Assembly (NCBI GenBank): GCA_018971685.1
Contig: JAGXAG010000005.1
Location: forward strand, 1,842-65,841
Reading direction: 5' to 3'
Length of the DNA stretch: 64,000 bases
Source of the DNA: Patescibacteria group bacterium
GTDB lineage: Bacteria; Patescibacteriota; Minisyncoccia; Phycocordibacterales; PALSA-1337
Shown: positions 36,549 to 47,326 of the stretch, in pieces
Numbering within the stretch: the first letter of the stretch is position 1
How the letters are laid out: each line of letters starts with the position of its first letter
Made by a program: the position numbers and the translations under genes
Notes under the pieces: model-generated
Seen by the model: the letters and a program-made list of their open reading frames with translations, nothing else
What the model was told of the DNA's origin: nothing
The model's database searches: none

Positions 36549-37489
36549 AGGAAAATCTAAAGAATAAGAAAATCGCAGTTATAGGAGGGGCCGGATTTAT
36601 CGGTTCGCACATTGTCGAAGCGCTTGTCAAGATCGGGTCGAAAGTGATCGTGATAGATGACCTGTCTACAGGTAACATTGATAATATAAATGAGGTAAAA
36701 GATGTTATTGAGTTTGTGCGGCAATCTGTCGTTGATACAGACAAACTGGCCGATTTATTGACGGGAGTAGACATGGTCTGCCATCAGGCAGCTTTGCCGT
36801 CTGTTCCTAAAAGTATAAATTTGCCAATGGAGACTAACGCCGCCAATTTGACCGGCACGCTTTCGATGTTTACTGCCGCCGTTAAGGCCAAAGTGCCGCG
36901 CGTGGTTTACGCTTCTTCAAGTTCCGTATACGGCAATACCCCCGTTTTGCCAAAGGTCGAAACGATGCCGGCAAATCCGCTGTCGCCTTATGCCGCACAA
37001 AAATTTGGCGGGGAAATATATGCCAAGATTTTTCATTCGCTCTACGGGTTGGAAACGATCGGTCTGAGATATTTCAATGTTTTTGGTCCTAAGCAAAATC
37101 CAAATTCCGAATACGCGGCGGTCGTGCCGAAATTTATCTCGTCTATGAAGAGGGGTAAACGGCCTGTCATATACGGCGACGGCACACAGACCAGGGATTT
37201 CACTTTTGTAGACAATGTGGTAGCGGCGAATCTGGCGGCGCTTTCATCTAGCGGCGGCGCCGGAGAAGTCTTCAATATAGCGAGCGGCGGCAGAATATCG
37301 CTCAATGAACTTATGTCGAAATTGAATTCGTTGCTGGCCGTGAATATCAAGCCGGAATATGCGAATCCGAGGATAGGCGACATCAAAGACAGCTATGCCG
37401 ATATTTCCAAGGCTGGTAAAATTCTGGGCTACAGACCGGAAGTCTCTTTTGACGAGGGGCTAAAAAAGACGATAGAGTGGTATTCATGA
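36545..37489 (+). CDS. NAD-dependent sugar-nucleotide epimerase/dehydratase (UDP-hexose 4-epimerase-like SDR)
   Basis: KKIAVIGGAGFIGSHIVEAL (GxxGxxG), YASSSSVYG and YAAQK (YxxxK) motifs. Confidence 0.85.
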   Translation: MKENLKNKKIAVIGGAGFIGSHIVEALVKIGSKVIVIDDLSTGNIDNINEVKDVIEFVRQSVVDTDKLADLLTGVDMVCHQAALPSVPKSINLPMETNAANLTGTLSMFTAAVKAKVPRVVYASSSSVYGNTPVLPKVETMPANPLSPYAAQKFGGEIYAKIFHSLYGLETIGLRYFNVFGPKQNPNSEYAAVVPKFISSMKRGKRPVIYGDGTQTRDFTFVDNVVAANLAALSSSGGAGEVFNIASGGRISLNELMSKLNSLLAVNIKPEYANPRIGDIKDSYADISKAGKILGYRPEVSFDEGLKKTIEWYS

Positions 37490-38406
37490 AATTACTCATC
37501 ATCACCCAAAAAGTAGACAAGGACGACCCGATCCTGGGCTTTTTTCACCGCTGGATAGAGGAATTCGCCAAGAGGTTCGAAAAGGTGACAGTCGTATGCT
37601 TGGAGAAAGGTCGGAATGAATTGCCGGCCGAAGTGAAAGTGCTGTCGCTAGGCAAAGAAAACGGCCGCTCGAGGATGAAGTATTTGGCCTGGTTCTATAG
37701 GTATATTTGGCAAGAACGCAAGAATTACGACGCGGTCTTCGTGCATATGAATCAGGAATATGTCATTTTGGGCGGTCTTGTCTGGAAGCTATTTGGCAAG
37801 AAGGTAGCGCTGTGGAGGAATCATCGCAAGGGGAATTGGCTGACTCGCCTGGCGGTGTCGCTTGCCGATATTGTTTTCTACACTTCGCCGCAATCATTCA
37901 CGGCCGGGTTCAAGAAGGCCATGATGATGCCTGTAGGCGTAGATACCGATCTGTTCAGACCGCATCCGGAGATAGAGCGCAACCCGAATTCCATATTGTT
38001 CCTAGGGCGGATATCGCCGGTAAAGAGAGTGGATGTTTTCGTCGAGCGCCTGAAGGAGATGCGGCGGGCGGGCAAACCATTCACGGCTACTATAGTTGGA
38101 AGTCCGACGGATAGGGACGGCGCGTATCACGAGAAAATAAAGAAGATGATAAGTGATTACAGCCTGGGCGATCTCGTAATCATGAAGCCGGCCGTGAAGC
38201 ATGAGGATACGGTCGGGTATTACTGCAGTCACGAAATATACGCGAATTTTACTGAAATCGGCAGTATGGACAAGACTATATTTGAAGCGGCTGCCTGTGG
38301 AGCCAAGGTGGAGACGGAAAACGGGATTATATGGAAAGATGTCGATCTGAAGGGTCAGGGATTAGAGAGGCTTGCCGATAAAATCACACATGAAATATCT
38401 GCTTAA
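37477..38406 (+). CDS. Glycosyltransferase (GT-B)
   Basis: ILFLGRISPVKRVDVFVERL and EIGSMDKTIFEAAACGAKV (GT1 C-domain E-x7-E-like). Confidence 0.6.
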   Translation: MVFMKLLIITQKVDKDDPILGFFHRWIEEFAKRFEKVTVVCLEKGRNELPAEVKVLSLGKENGRSRMKYLAWFYRYIWQERKNYDAVFVHMNQEYVILGGLVWKLFGKKVALWRNHRKGNWLTRLAVSLADIVFYTSPQSFTAGFKKAMMMPVGVDTDLFRPHPEIERNPNSILFLGRISPVKRVDVFVERLKEMRRAGKPFTATIVGSPTDRDGAYHEKIKKMISDYSLGDLVIMKPAVKHEDTVGYYCSHEIYANFTEIGSMDKTIFEAAACGAKVETENGIIWKDVDLKGQGLERLADKITHEISA

Positions 38407-39172
38407 AAATATATTTTTCAAATCAGCCAATTTGTTTGCCGGCCATCCCGTCGGCAAGGCCAGTATACTTATGTACCATTCTATAGGTTACAACAGGGCT
38501 TTTTTTACTGTAACACCGGAAAATCTAGAAGAGCAACTCTTATACCTAAGATCAAACAATTTCAATGTAATCAGCTTATCTGAATTGGTAAACAAAATCA
38601 AAACCGGCGCCGATCTCTCTCACTGCGTGTCCATAACATTAGATGACGGCTATCATGACAATTTGGCGCACGCTTTTCCTATATTTGAGAAATACAATAT
38701 GCCAAGGACATATTTTATAGCCACAGACCCAATCGGCCGTTACATGAATACGAGCGACGGCGTAAGTCTTTCGATTATGACCGAAGATGAATTGAAAAAA
38801 GTCAGCAAGAGCAGTCTGGTCGAAATCATGCCGCATACAGCCTCGCACAAACTTTTAACGACATACAACGACGATTCCTGGAAAGATGATATTGAGAAGT
38901 CACGCCGGTTCTTGATAGAAAGGTTCGGCTCCAGGGCGGACATATTCGCCTATCCGCAAGGTAAATTTTCTGACAAGCACGCGAATTATCTGAAGAATTC
39001 CGGATATATAGCCGCAGTTACCGTAAAAGAAGGTTTAGTGAAATCCAGAGACGATACATATAGACTTGATAGGAATTCCATAGATTCCACGACCACGATC
39101 GATCAATTCGCCGGTAAATTGTCCGAAACGATCGAATGGTATTCAAAGATCAAGCGCTATATCCGATCATGA
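38372..39172 (+). CDS. Polysaccharide deacetylase (NodB homology, CE4)
   Basis: VSITLDDGYHDN (TFDDG motif) and HTASHKLL (His motif); alternative start at 38390. Confidence 0.75.
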   Translation: MPIKSHMKYLLKNIFFKSANLFAGHPVGKASILMYHSIGYNRAFFTVTPENLEEQLLYLRSNNFNVISLSELVNKIKTGADLSHCVSITLDDGYHDNLAHAFPIFEKYNMPRTYFIATDPIGRYMNTSDGVSLSIMTEDELKKVSKSSLVEIMPHTASHKLLTTYNDDSWKDDIEKSRRFLIERFGSRADIFAYPQGKFSDKHANYLKNSGYIAAVTVKEGLVKSRDDTYRLDRNSIDSTTTIDQFAGKLSETIEWYSKIKRYIRS

Positions 39173-40225
39173 AGATGATAATTTATCGTGAATTGCCATG
39201 ATCACATCTTCCACGGTCAAATCATAAGTGCAACGCCGGTATTCTTTGCCATCTTCATATGTTGTACAAGAGCCGACCTTGTCTCCTTTGCATAGGCACC
39301 GTGAATTATTCGTCAATATGACTCCATTAGGATTGTATCGCGGTAACCACATCGGATCGGTATTATGGCCTATCACTACGCTTTTTATTCCCTGAACCGC
39401 CGCCAGATGGGTGATGCCGGTATCGACACCTATATAAAGAGCGGAATCATGGATAATACTAGCCACTTCCAATACCGGACGGTTTATGAATAGTAATATC
39501 CCTTCGATGCCCGACGTGATTTCTTTTATGATGACTTCGTCTTTTTTGGCGCCGGTCAAGACCAATCTATATCCAGGAAATATCCTGCGCAGTTCGTATA
39601 ATAATGAGCGCCATCTTTTTGGCGGAAATGAATAACGGGCGCGTGTGCCGAACATGTGTACTACGAAATACCCGCCGGATTTGAAGGGAAAATCAACCGG
39701 CTTGTGAAGATTGAGATTGACGCGCGGCGGCCGCGGCTCGAGGTTTTTGCCCGGCAGAAAATCGGGAATAAGCCGGCGATAATTGTTGATAATGGACATC
39801 TTGAAATCGTAGCCGTAAGATTTGTCGAAAGGCAGCCAGCCCTGCATGCCAGTCCATTCCTTGAAGCCCACGACCAGATTGCCCGGCCTCATCGAGAGTA
39901 GATAAAAAAAGTATTTCAATCGAGACGAATATGTTCTTGCCACTCCGGGTACAATTACTGTGGATTGATATCTGAACAGTTTGGCAAGGAACGGTAACAT
40001 GCCGAGTATTTCCGGGATTTGGACGACTTCGATCGATGGATAGGCCGATGACAATTCACGGATAATCTTTACATTTGTGCTGGCCAATACCGTGAACCGC
40101 ATGTCCGGTTCCAATCGAAGCAGATCGTCGAAGAAGGCCAGCATAAGCAGAGTATCGCCGATCGGACCGAATGACATCCATATGATTCTATTAGTACTTC
40201 CTTTTTTCATGAATAAATTATACAC
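39167..40225 (-). CDS. Glycosyltransferase family 9 (heptosyltransferase-like)
   Basis: RIIWMSFGPIGDTLLMLAFFDDL (GT9 GDxL motif) and GVDTGITHLAAVQGIKSVVI. Confidence 0.75.
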   Translation of the reverse strand: MYNLFMKKGSTNRIIWMSFGPIGDTLLMLAFFDDLLRLEPDMRFTVLASTNVKIIRELSSAYPSIEVVQIPEILGMLPFLAKLFRYQSTVIVPGVARTYSSRLKYFFYLLSMRPGNLVVGFKEWTGMQGWLPFDKSYGYDFKMSIINNYRRLIPDFLPGKNLEPRPPRVNLNLHKPVDFPFKSGGYFVVHMFGTRARYSFPPKRWRSLLYELRRIFPGYRLVLTGAKKDEVIIKEITSGIEGILLFINRPVLEVASIIHDSALYIGVDTGITHLAAVQGIKSVVIGHNTDPMWLPRYNPNGVILTNNSRCLCKGDKVGSCTTYEDGKEYRRCTYDLTVEDVIMAIHDKLSSS

Positions 40226-40234
40226 TTTCTTGAT

Positions 40235-40831
40235 ATGAGCGAGCCAACCTTAGCGGAACGGGTATTTACCAGGAATGGTGTCACTACGGATAATGTAGTG
40301 AACGGATTAACTGTCATAGACATAGGTTCTGGCGGCCACAAGCTTCCGGGATCCGTCGGTCTTGATATATTGCAATCGTTCAGTCCCGATATACTGCATG
40401 ACATCACAATCTTTCCATGGCCTGTAAAAAGCGGATCATTCGACGCGGCAGTGCTCAGTCATGTTCTCGAGCATGTGCCTGATGTTATAAGGACAATGAA
40501 TGAAGTTCATCGGATCCTGAAACCCGGAGGCAGGGCATTGATTCAGGTGCCATATTTCAGATCAATAGATTCGGTGACCGATCCTACTCATATCCATTTT
40601 TTCACATCTCGTTCCCTTGATTATATATGCCAGGGCACGAAACTGTCGCTACGCGCTTATACGAAATCTTTTTTTCGCAAAGAAAGGTTCTGGTACGGTC
40701 CGCCGCACAATCCGACTACCGGTATAGGCCGTCTAAAAAAGATGTTGCAGAAAGATAATTTCTTCTACGATCAATATATATCGGTTCTATTACCGGCTCA
40801 AACACTGACCTGGCAACTCATCTCTATCTAA
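40235..40831 (+). CDS. Class I SAM-dependent methyltransferase
   Basis: VIDIGSGGHKL (motif I) and LKPGGRALIQVP. Confidence 0.75.
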   Translation: MSEPTLAERVFTRNGVTTDNVVNGLTVIDIGSGGHKLPGSVGLDILQSFSPDILHDITIFPWPVKSGSFDAAVLSHVLEHVPDVIRTMNEVHRILKPGGRALIQVPYFRSIDSVTDPTHIHFFTSRSLDYICQGTKLSLRAYTKSFFRKERFWYGPPHNPTTGIGRLKKMLQKDNFFYDQYISVLLPAQTLTWQLISI

Positions 40832-40838
40832 AGAATCC

Positions 40839-41954
40839 ATGAGACTTGTCTATTTGACCACATTGAATTATCCGTCCGAGACGGCCACTAATCAGCAGGC
40901 CAAAGCGATGGCCGTCGCTTTTCATGGTCTTCTTGGCAATCAATTTGTTTTTGTGGCTAATCGTATTCGCAATCCGGAAATATTTAGCGGAATAAAAGTC
41001 GAGAATATCGATTGCAATTGGAGACGATTTAGAACGATCTATGGTATCTGGTGGCTCATCAGGCACGCCAAGATTTTAATAGCCGGCGACCGACAGGCAG
41101 TCTTATACACTAAAGATTCGTACCTATGTGCCATCGCCATTCTTTTAAGACCATTCTTAGGTTACCGAGTCGCATTTGAGTCGCATTTGATCTATCACAG
41201 CTGGCGCGATCTTTTGATAGCCAAGCAATGTGACGCCATCTTCACCGTAACTGCTTTTCTGAAGTCTAGTCTCGTAAAAGATTTTGGCGCGGCCGAATCC
41301 AAAGTCACAGTCGCGCCGGACGCCGTTGACTTATCAGTCTTTGACATCAGTATGGATCGAGAAACTGCTCGTGAACGGCTCGATCTTCCAAAAGACAAAA
41401 AGATCTTCGTCTATACTGGCCGGTTCAAGACGCTCGGCATGGACAAAGGCATCGCTGTCGCATTAGAGGCCTTGAAGTCCATGAATGATCAACAGCTCGT
41501 TGTTTTAGCAATAGGCGGTTCGAAATCGGATGTCGATGAATATAAGGCCATAGCTAACCGCCTTGGTGTCGGCGGCCAATCCATATTCATCGGATATGTT
41601 TCGCAATCGAAGCTGGCTCTTTATCAGAAAGCCGCTGATGCGCTCCTGATGCCGTTCCCTTATTCAGAGCACTTCGCCTACTATATGTCGCCGCTGAAGA
41701 TGTTCGAGTACATGGCGAGCCGCGTGCCCATCATCGCTTCCGACCTGCCGGCCGTCCGCGATGTTCTTGATGAATCGACTGCGCTTATCGTCAAACCAGG
41801 CGATCCTAAGAGTCTGGCCGAAGCCATGAATGAGGTGGCTTACGGCGGCCAGCGCGTTGAAGAATTAGCTATGGCTGCTTATGAAAAGGTCAAAGAGTAT
41901 ACTTGGCAAAAGCGAGCTAGAAAGATTATAGATTTTATATCGCATCGAACTTAA
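40839..41954 (+). CDS. Glycosyltransferase family 4
   Basis: MPFPYSEHFAYYMSPLKMFEYMASRVPIIASDLPAVRDVL. Confidence 0.8.
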   Translation: MRLVYLTTLNYPSETATNQQAKAMAVAFHGLLGNQFVFVANRIRNPEIFSGIKVENIDCNWRRFRTIYGIWWLIRHAKILIAGDRQAVLYTKDSYLCAIAILLRPFLGYRVAFESHLIYHSWRDLLIAKQCDAIFTVTAFLKSSLVKDFGAAESKVTVAPDAVDLSVFDISMDRETARERLDLPKDKKIFVYTGRFKTLGMDKGIAVALEALKSMNDQQLVVLAIGGSKSDVDEYKAIANRLGVGGQSIFIGYVSQSKLALYQKAADALLMPFPYSEHFAYYMSPLKMFEYMASRVPIIASDLPAVRDVLDESTALIVKPGDPKSLAEAMNEVAYGGQRVEELAMAAYEKVKEYTWQKRARKIIDFISHRT

Positions 41955-41958
41955 ATAT

Positions 41959-43059
41959 ATGCGTGTTCTGATTATAACCAACCATATGGAAGGCACAGAC
42001 GGCTGGAGCCGATACAGTCTAGATCTTGCCAACGAACTGGAGCGGCGCCATGTAGAGATTGTTTGTGTTGTCTCCCGAAAGAGCCGTGCCGGCTTATCCG
42101 AACGCGTATGTCTTGCAGGGCCGATGGAATATCTCTGCAACATGGCCATGTCTAGGTTAGATGCGCAGAAAATGCAATCTGTTATAAATGAATTCAGGCC
42201 CGATGCTATCCATGTAGTTGTCGAACCATACTTATCTCTGCTTCCATTTATAGAAGTGCCTGATAAGACCCGGATTGTTGCCACTATGCACGGCACTTAT
42301 GCATATATTCCCGGCATATTCAGAAATCCTATAAAGAAAGCGGTGTCGGCATTAATGTATCTTAGGAGCACGAAGAAAGTTGACAAATTTATTATTGTCA
42401 GTGATTACACAAAAAATAAAATCGTCCAGAAACCACTTTCCAGAATTGCCGGAGTTTTAGGTAAAATGGTAGTGATAAAGAACGCTATTGATTTTGATTC
42501 CATAAAACCTGCTGATTTGTTAGCAAGAGTTGATGGCAGGAAACATGTCTTATTTGTAGGAGCCATTAAACCGCGCAAAGGCATTGCCAATCTCATAAGA
42601 GCATTCCATTTGTATAACGAAAAGTATAACAGAAAAGCTGTTCTTGATATCGTAGGCTCTGGCGATATGAGCAATCTGGTGACCAATGGTGATGTGAGGA
42701 TTCATGGCCGAGTCAAAGCTGACGAGCTAGATCGCCTATACTCAGCAACAGATGCTTTCGCGCTCCTGGCTGTCCCGAATAAGCATACTTTCGAAGGGTT
42801 TGGACTTGTTTATTTGGAGGCAAATGCACGAGGGGTGCCAACTTTGGGTTCTCGTGATTCGGGGGCCAGCGATGCCATAGTTCACGGCAAGACAGGATAT
42901 TTGGCAGATGATCCTTATGATATCGATGAATGCGCTTGGTATCTGCACAAGATCCTAGATGAAAAGGCGATCATGCCGGGAGATTGTATAGAATGGGCTA
43001 AAGCTCACGATGTTAAGCTTGCTGTCGACAAGATCATCAGCCAATATCAAATAATATGA
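41959..43059 (+). CDS. Glycosyltransferase family 4
   Basis: VPNKHTFEGFGLVYLEANARGVPTLGSRDSGASDAIVHGKTGYL. Confidence 0.8.
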   Translation: MRVLIITNHMEGTDGWSRYSLDLANELERRHVEIVCVVSRKSRAGLSERVCLAGPMEYLCNMAMSRLDAQKMQSVINEFRPDAIHVVVEPYLSLLPFIEVPDKTRIVATMHGTYAYIPGIFRNPIKKAVSALMYLRSTKKVDKFIIVSDYTKNKIVQKPLSRIAGVLGKMVVIKNAIDFDSIKPADLLARVDGRKHVLFVGAIKPRKGIANLIRAFHLYNEKYNRKAVLDIVGSGDMSNLVTNGDVRIHGRVKADELDRLYSATDAFALLAVPNKHTFEGFGLVYLEANARGVPTLGSRDSGASDAIVHGKTGYLADDPYDIDECAWYLHKILDEKAIMPGDCIEWAKAHDVKLAVDKIISQYQII

Positions 43060-44300
43060 AAATATTAGTATTATCTGATGATTTTCCCCCACACAGTTTC
43101 GGCGGTGCCGGCATGGTTGCTTTCAATTTGTCCAAGGAGATGCAAAGGCGCGGCCATCAGGTCAGAGTAGTCACAACAGTCCGCACAGATTCGGATGCGG
43201 GTCGCTTTGAATATGAAGGTCTCGCTATCGATCGTATTGCCTCCGATTACGATCTCAAATGGCAATCATTCAGGTGCCTGAAGAATCAACTGACGGTCGA
43301 TAAGGTCGCGGCGATTATCGCCGAATACAAACCGGATGTTGTCCATGCGCATAATATTCACGCACATCTCTCGTATCATTCACTCTCGCTTGCCAAGCAA
43401 TCCGGAGCCAAAGTGATTCTCACATGCCACGACATTATGACCTTCCATTTCGGCAAGTTCACTGAATACATCGATCCACATTTTCTGGACATGCCCCAGT
43501 CGTTTGATTATCACATCAGTCCGTTCCGCCAGCTTCGGGCCTACAGATTGCGTTACAACCCATGGAGGAATATGGTCATTCGCCGTGTCCTACGGCAATC
43601 CGTCGATAATGTCGTGGCCGTGAGCGATTCTTTGAAGCAAGCCATGGAGCAGAATGGCATTACGAATGTCGAGCGCATCTACAACGGCATTGGCGTGAAT
43701 GAATGGCAAGTGCCGATGTTGACGGTTCAGGCATTCAAGGCGAAGCATGGTTTGGCAGGGAAGAGAGTCGCGATGTTTTCCGGCCGCCTCGAGGGCGCCA
43801 AGGGCGCTTGGGAGCTTTTCAAATCATTTGAGAAGATCGCTGCAGAGATGCCCGAAGCTCGATTGCTGGTCGTCGCCAAGCGCGACAGATCGGCTGAATC
43901 GAAGCTCGCCTATGCCGCAGAGAAGGGCTTTGCCGATAAGGTAGTCTTTACCGGCTGGCTCTCCGGTTCGGATCTGCACGCGGCGTATGCGGCCGCCGAT
44001 GTCATCGTGAATCCATCAGTCTGCCTGGACACATTCGGTCTGGTGAATATCGAAGCCATGGCCTTGAGGAAGCCGGTCGTCGCCACCTGCTTTGGCGGCT
44101 CGCCGGAGATCGTCGTCGATGGCCAGACGGGATATATCGTGAATCCCCTCGATTTGGACTTGATGGCGCAGAAAGTGAAAAGCTTGCTTACCGATCACGC
44201 GAAAGCGGTGCGGTTTGGGGAGGCAGGATATGCTCGGGTGAAAAACGATTTCTCACTGGTGAAGCAAGCCGACGAATACGAGAAGGTCTATCGAGGATGA
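43056..44300 (+). CDS. Glycosyltransferase family 4
   Basis: MKILVLSDDFPPHSFGGAGMVAFNL and PSVCLDTFGLVNIEAMALRKPVVATCFGGSPEIVVDGQTGYIV. Confidence 0.85.
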   Translation: MKILVLSDDFPPHSFGGAGMVAFNLSKEMQRRGHQVRVVTTVRTDSDAGRFEYEGLAIDRIASDYDLKWQSFRCLKNQLTVDKVAAIIAEYKPDVVHAHNIHAHLSYHSLSLAKQSGAKVILTCHDIMTFHFGKFTEYIDPHFLDMPQSFDYHISPFRQLRAYRLRYNPWRNMVIRRVLRQSVDNVVAVSDSLKQAMEQNGITNVERIYNGIGVNEWQVPMLTVQAFKAKHGLAGKRVAMFSGRLEGAKGAWELFKSFEKIAAEMPEARLLVVAKRDRSAESKLAYAAEKGFADKVVFTGWLSGSDLHAAYAAADVIVNPSVCLDTFGLVNIEAMALRKPVVATCFGGSPEIVVDGQTGYIVNPLDLDLMAQKVKSLLTDHAKAVRFGEAGYARVKNDFSLVKQADEYEKVYRG

Positions 44301-44352
44301 TCGGCCAATCCTGGCTCTACCGATTTTCGTCCATGTATGATAATGTCCTTTC

Positions 44353-45426
44353 ATGTCAATAAGCGCCGATAACATAAATCCCCATCCTCGCCTCATCGAG
44401 CATCTGGTCGGCAAAAAAGTTTTTTCGAAATCGCCGCTCGTCGTTATCGATGTTGGCGCACGAGGCGGCGCCGGCAAGGAATGGAAAGTATTTGGGGATC
44501 AATACAAGGTTATCGGCTTCGAAGCCGACCCGACAGAGTGCGAGCGCCTCAATCAGGCGGCGCCGAACCATGAGCGCTATTATCCCGCCGCGCTGTGGTC
44601 CAAGAAGGGAAAGCGCAAGTTCTATATCCATGGCCGCCATGCGCCGACTTCCAGCTTCTATGATTCTGACTCCGAATACCTATCCCGTTTCCCGGGCTGG
44701 GAGCCCTGGATGCCGCATCGCACGGTTACATTGAATACGACTGACTTCGCTTCATTCCTGAAAGAGAACCGCATCCGTGAACTCGATGTCATGAAGCTCG
44801 ATGTCGAAGGTTCCGAGCTCGAGGTGCTCCGTGGCCTCGGCGCGAAGGCGTGGAACGAGCTCGTGGCCGTCAGTCTCGAAGCGTACTTCCAGTCCTGGGG
44901 GAAGGGCATGCCCACATTTTCGGAAATAGATGCTCTCATGCGCAAGAAAGGATTCGTCCTCTACGATTTACCGACATTCCGGTGGGAGAGGAGGCCGACA
45001 TCGCCGTACATGTTCACTGATGGCATATTCGGGCCGACGGATAGGGGACAGGTCATATTCACACAGGCGCTTTATGTACGCGATGCCGCAGCCGAGCTCA
45101 AGGATGCGCGGCGACGGAAATTCTGGACAAGCGATAAGGTTTTGAAATTGGCGGCTGTCATGGAGCTCTTCAGATTCGAGGATAGCGCTATGGAGCTCAT
45201 ACAGGAAGCAGCTTCGAAAGGCTTGCTCAAGGGTCATGATCTCGATACGATGCTCGACCTCCTTACTCCGGACATAGATGGGAGGCAGGTGAGCTACAAG
45301 AATTTTGTTGAACATATCAGGCGCGAAGGTCCGCCGCGCTACATTCAAGGCCGCCGCGTCAGCCAGACGGATTACGCCAAGCATCTCGAGGAGAAGGCTA
45401 AAAAGGAAAAAGAAAAGCGGGCCTAA
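44353..45426 (+). CDS. FkbM-family methyltransferase
   Basis: VIDVGARGGAGKEW...VIGFEADP...MKLDVEGSELEVLRG are FkbM-domain hallmarks. Confidence 0.75.
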   Translation: MSISADNINPHPRLIEHLVGKKVFSKSPLVVIDVGARGGAGKEWKVFGDQYKVIGFEADPTECERLNQAAPNHERYYPAALWSKKGKRKFYIHGRHAPTSSFYDSDSEYLSRFPGWEPWMPHRTVTLNTTDFASFLKENRIRELDVMKLDVEGSELEVLRGLGAKAWNELVAVSLEAYFQSWGKGMPTFSEIDALMRKKGFVLYDLPTFRWERRPTSPYMFTDGIFGPTDRGQVIFTQALYVRDAAAELKDARRRKFWTSDKVLKLAAVMELFRFEDSAMELIQEAASKGLLKGHDLDTMLDLLTPDIDGRQVSYKNFVEHIRREGPPRYIQGRRVSQTDYAKHLEEKAKKEKEKRA

Positions 45427-46259
45427 GCTCGCTTTTTATCTGGATGTCGGCGCCTAAATTCCTCTACCATCCGTTTCAAGCCTTCTTCCAAGCTGATCTG
45501 TGGTTCCCAACCAGGAATTCTATCGTGGCTCGGCAAGTTTCTATGCGAGAATCCTATTTTCTCTCCGGGAATGACTTTGGCGCCCGTCATGCCAGCGATC
45601 ATCTCGGCCACTTCGCGGATAGATGTCCATCTTCCCGAGCTGATGTCATAGATGCCGCCCTTTATCTTTTCTGTGAGTATTTTGTGATAGGCACGGGCGC
45701 TGTCTTCGACATGAATGAACTGGCGCATCTCCTCGCCGGTCGTCATCATGACGATGGTGCCGGTGGTAAATGCCTGGTTGATGAAGTCGCCGATAACATG
45801 ACTGCGGTCATTCGAGTCCTCGAGCTCGCCATAGACGTTCCATTGGCGGCCCCAATAGCCATGCGGGACGAGGCGGACCCAGATCTCTCCCAAGCGCTTG
45901 GTGGCGCCATAGGGCGTGCCGTATTCCTCGGCGAACTGGCTTGAGACGTAAAAGAAGGGAACTGAATTGGATTGGAGCTGCTTCATGACATTCTCGAGGA
46001 GCTTCATGTTCCATTCGAGCTGGTGGATGAGAGCATCCTCGCGGAAAAGGTATTTGGCGCCGCCCACATCCCAGGCCAGGAAGTAGACACGGTCGACTTT
46101 GTCGAGAGGCAGCGTGGCAAATCGGGCATCCTCATCGGGGCTCCTGCGGATATCGAAAGGCACGACTTCCTCGCCCTGCGCCTCTAGAAATCGGCAGAAT
46201 GGCACGCCGATGAAACCGCTTGAGCCGAGTACGAGGTTTCGTATCTTTCCTTCTTGCAT
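45423..46259 (-). CDS. NAD(P)-dependent epimerase/dehydratase/reductase (short SDR, sugar-nucleotide modifying)
   Basis: NLVLGSSGFIGVPFCRFL and YGATK (YxxxK). Confidence 0.7.
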   Translation of the reverse strand: MQEGKIRNLVLGSSGFIGVPFCRFLEAQGEEVVPFDIRRSPDEDARFATLPLDKVDRVYFLAWDVGGAKYLFREDALIHQLEWNMKLLENVMKQLQSNSVPFFYVSSQFAEEYGTPYGATKRLGEIWVRLVPHGYWGRQWNVYGELEDSNDRSHVIGDFINQAFTTGTIVMMTTGEEMRQFIHVEDSARAYHKILTEKIKGGIYDISSGRWTSIREVAEMIAGMTGAKVIPGEKIGFSHRNLPSHDRIPGWEPQISLEEGLKRMVEEFRRRHPDKKRA

Positions 46260-46288
46260 AACGATAATAGTCGTATATACTTTGATTT

Positions 46289-47326
46289 ATGTCAACGAAA
46301 TGTCCTCCAGTCCTCTTCATCATCTATCGCCGGCCGGAGACGACCAAGCGCGCCTTTGAGGCTATCCGACAGGCCCGGCCAGCAAAACTATTCATCAGCC
46401 AAGAAGCCCTGCCCGCTGACCGCCTCGAGCAGTCCGGCTTTGCCGAGAGGCACGCCGAAGCGCGCAAGATCGCCACGGATGTCGACTGGCCTTGTGAAGT
46501 GAAGACGCTCTTCTTCACGGAGCACCAAGGCATCATCCAAGGCTTCAAGAAATCGCTCGACTGGTTCTTCGAGAACGTCGAGGACGGCATGATGATCGAG
46601 GATGATGAGATCATCGAGCCGACATATTTTCGATTTGCGGCGGAGATGCTCGAAAAATATAAAAACAACGAGCGCGTCATGTGCGTGACCGGCAGCGACG
46701 CGCTCCATTATTATAATCAGCCGTACAAGGAAAATAGTTATTATTTTCTTTCCATCCCGTGCGTCTGGGGCATGGCCACCTGGCGCCGCGCTTGGAAATT
46801 GTACGATCCGGAGGTAAAACAATGGCCACAGGTTCGCGACAGCAAGCTACTCTACGACCTTCTGCCGACTCGAGCGGCCGCGCATTATTTCAGCCAGAAA
46901 TTCCAACTCTATCACGACCACCTAGTGAACAGTTGGGACGGCCAATGGATATTCGCTTGTCTGGCGAACAAAGGCCTCACTATCTATCCGACCAAGAATC
47001 TGATCTCAAACATTGGCTTCGGCAGTGTCGGAGCTTTGCACAAAGCTGTGCCGGGAGATAATCTATGGGCCGACCTCGCCATGGAGCCGCTCTCGTTCCC
47101 GCTCAAGCATCCGCCCGAAGTTGCCGTGAATAAAGTCTGGGATGAATATGCCGTCGGCGCCCGCTACGCAAAATCGAAACTATCGACCGTTCAGAAACTG
47201 AAATGGTCAGTCGAGTCCGCGTTTCCGGGCGCGTATATCGCCGTGAAAAAATTCTATGACCGGATCTTCCGACCGAAGCAGTTCGCGTCGCATGATTACA
47301 AAGCCGAGAGGCAGCTTTTACCTTAG
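46289..47326 (+). CDS. Hypothetical protein, possibly a GT-A-like nucleotide-sugar transferase
   Basis: PVLFIIYRRPETTKRAFEAIRQARPAKLFISQEA resembles some GT-A N-termini; this is a weak call. Confidence 0.35.
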   Translation: MSTKCPPVLFIIYRRPETTKRAFEAIRQARPAKLFISQEALPADRLEQSGFAERHAEARKIATDVDWPCEVKTLFFTEHQGIIQGFKKSLDWFFENVEDGMMIEDDEIIEPTYFRFAAEMLEKYKNNERVMCVTGSDALHYYNQPYKENSYYFLSIPCVWGMATWRRAWKLYDPEVKQWPQVRDSKLLYDLLPTRAAAHYFSQKFQLYHDHLVNSWDGQWIFACLANKGLTIYPTKNLISNIGFGSVGALHKAVPGDNLWADLAMEPLSFPLKHPPEVAVNKVWDEYAVGARYAKSKLSTVQKLKWSVESAFPGAYIAVKKFYDRIFRPKQFASHDYKAERQLLP

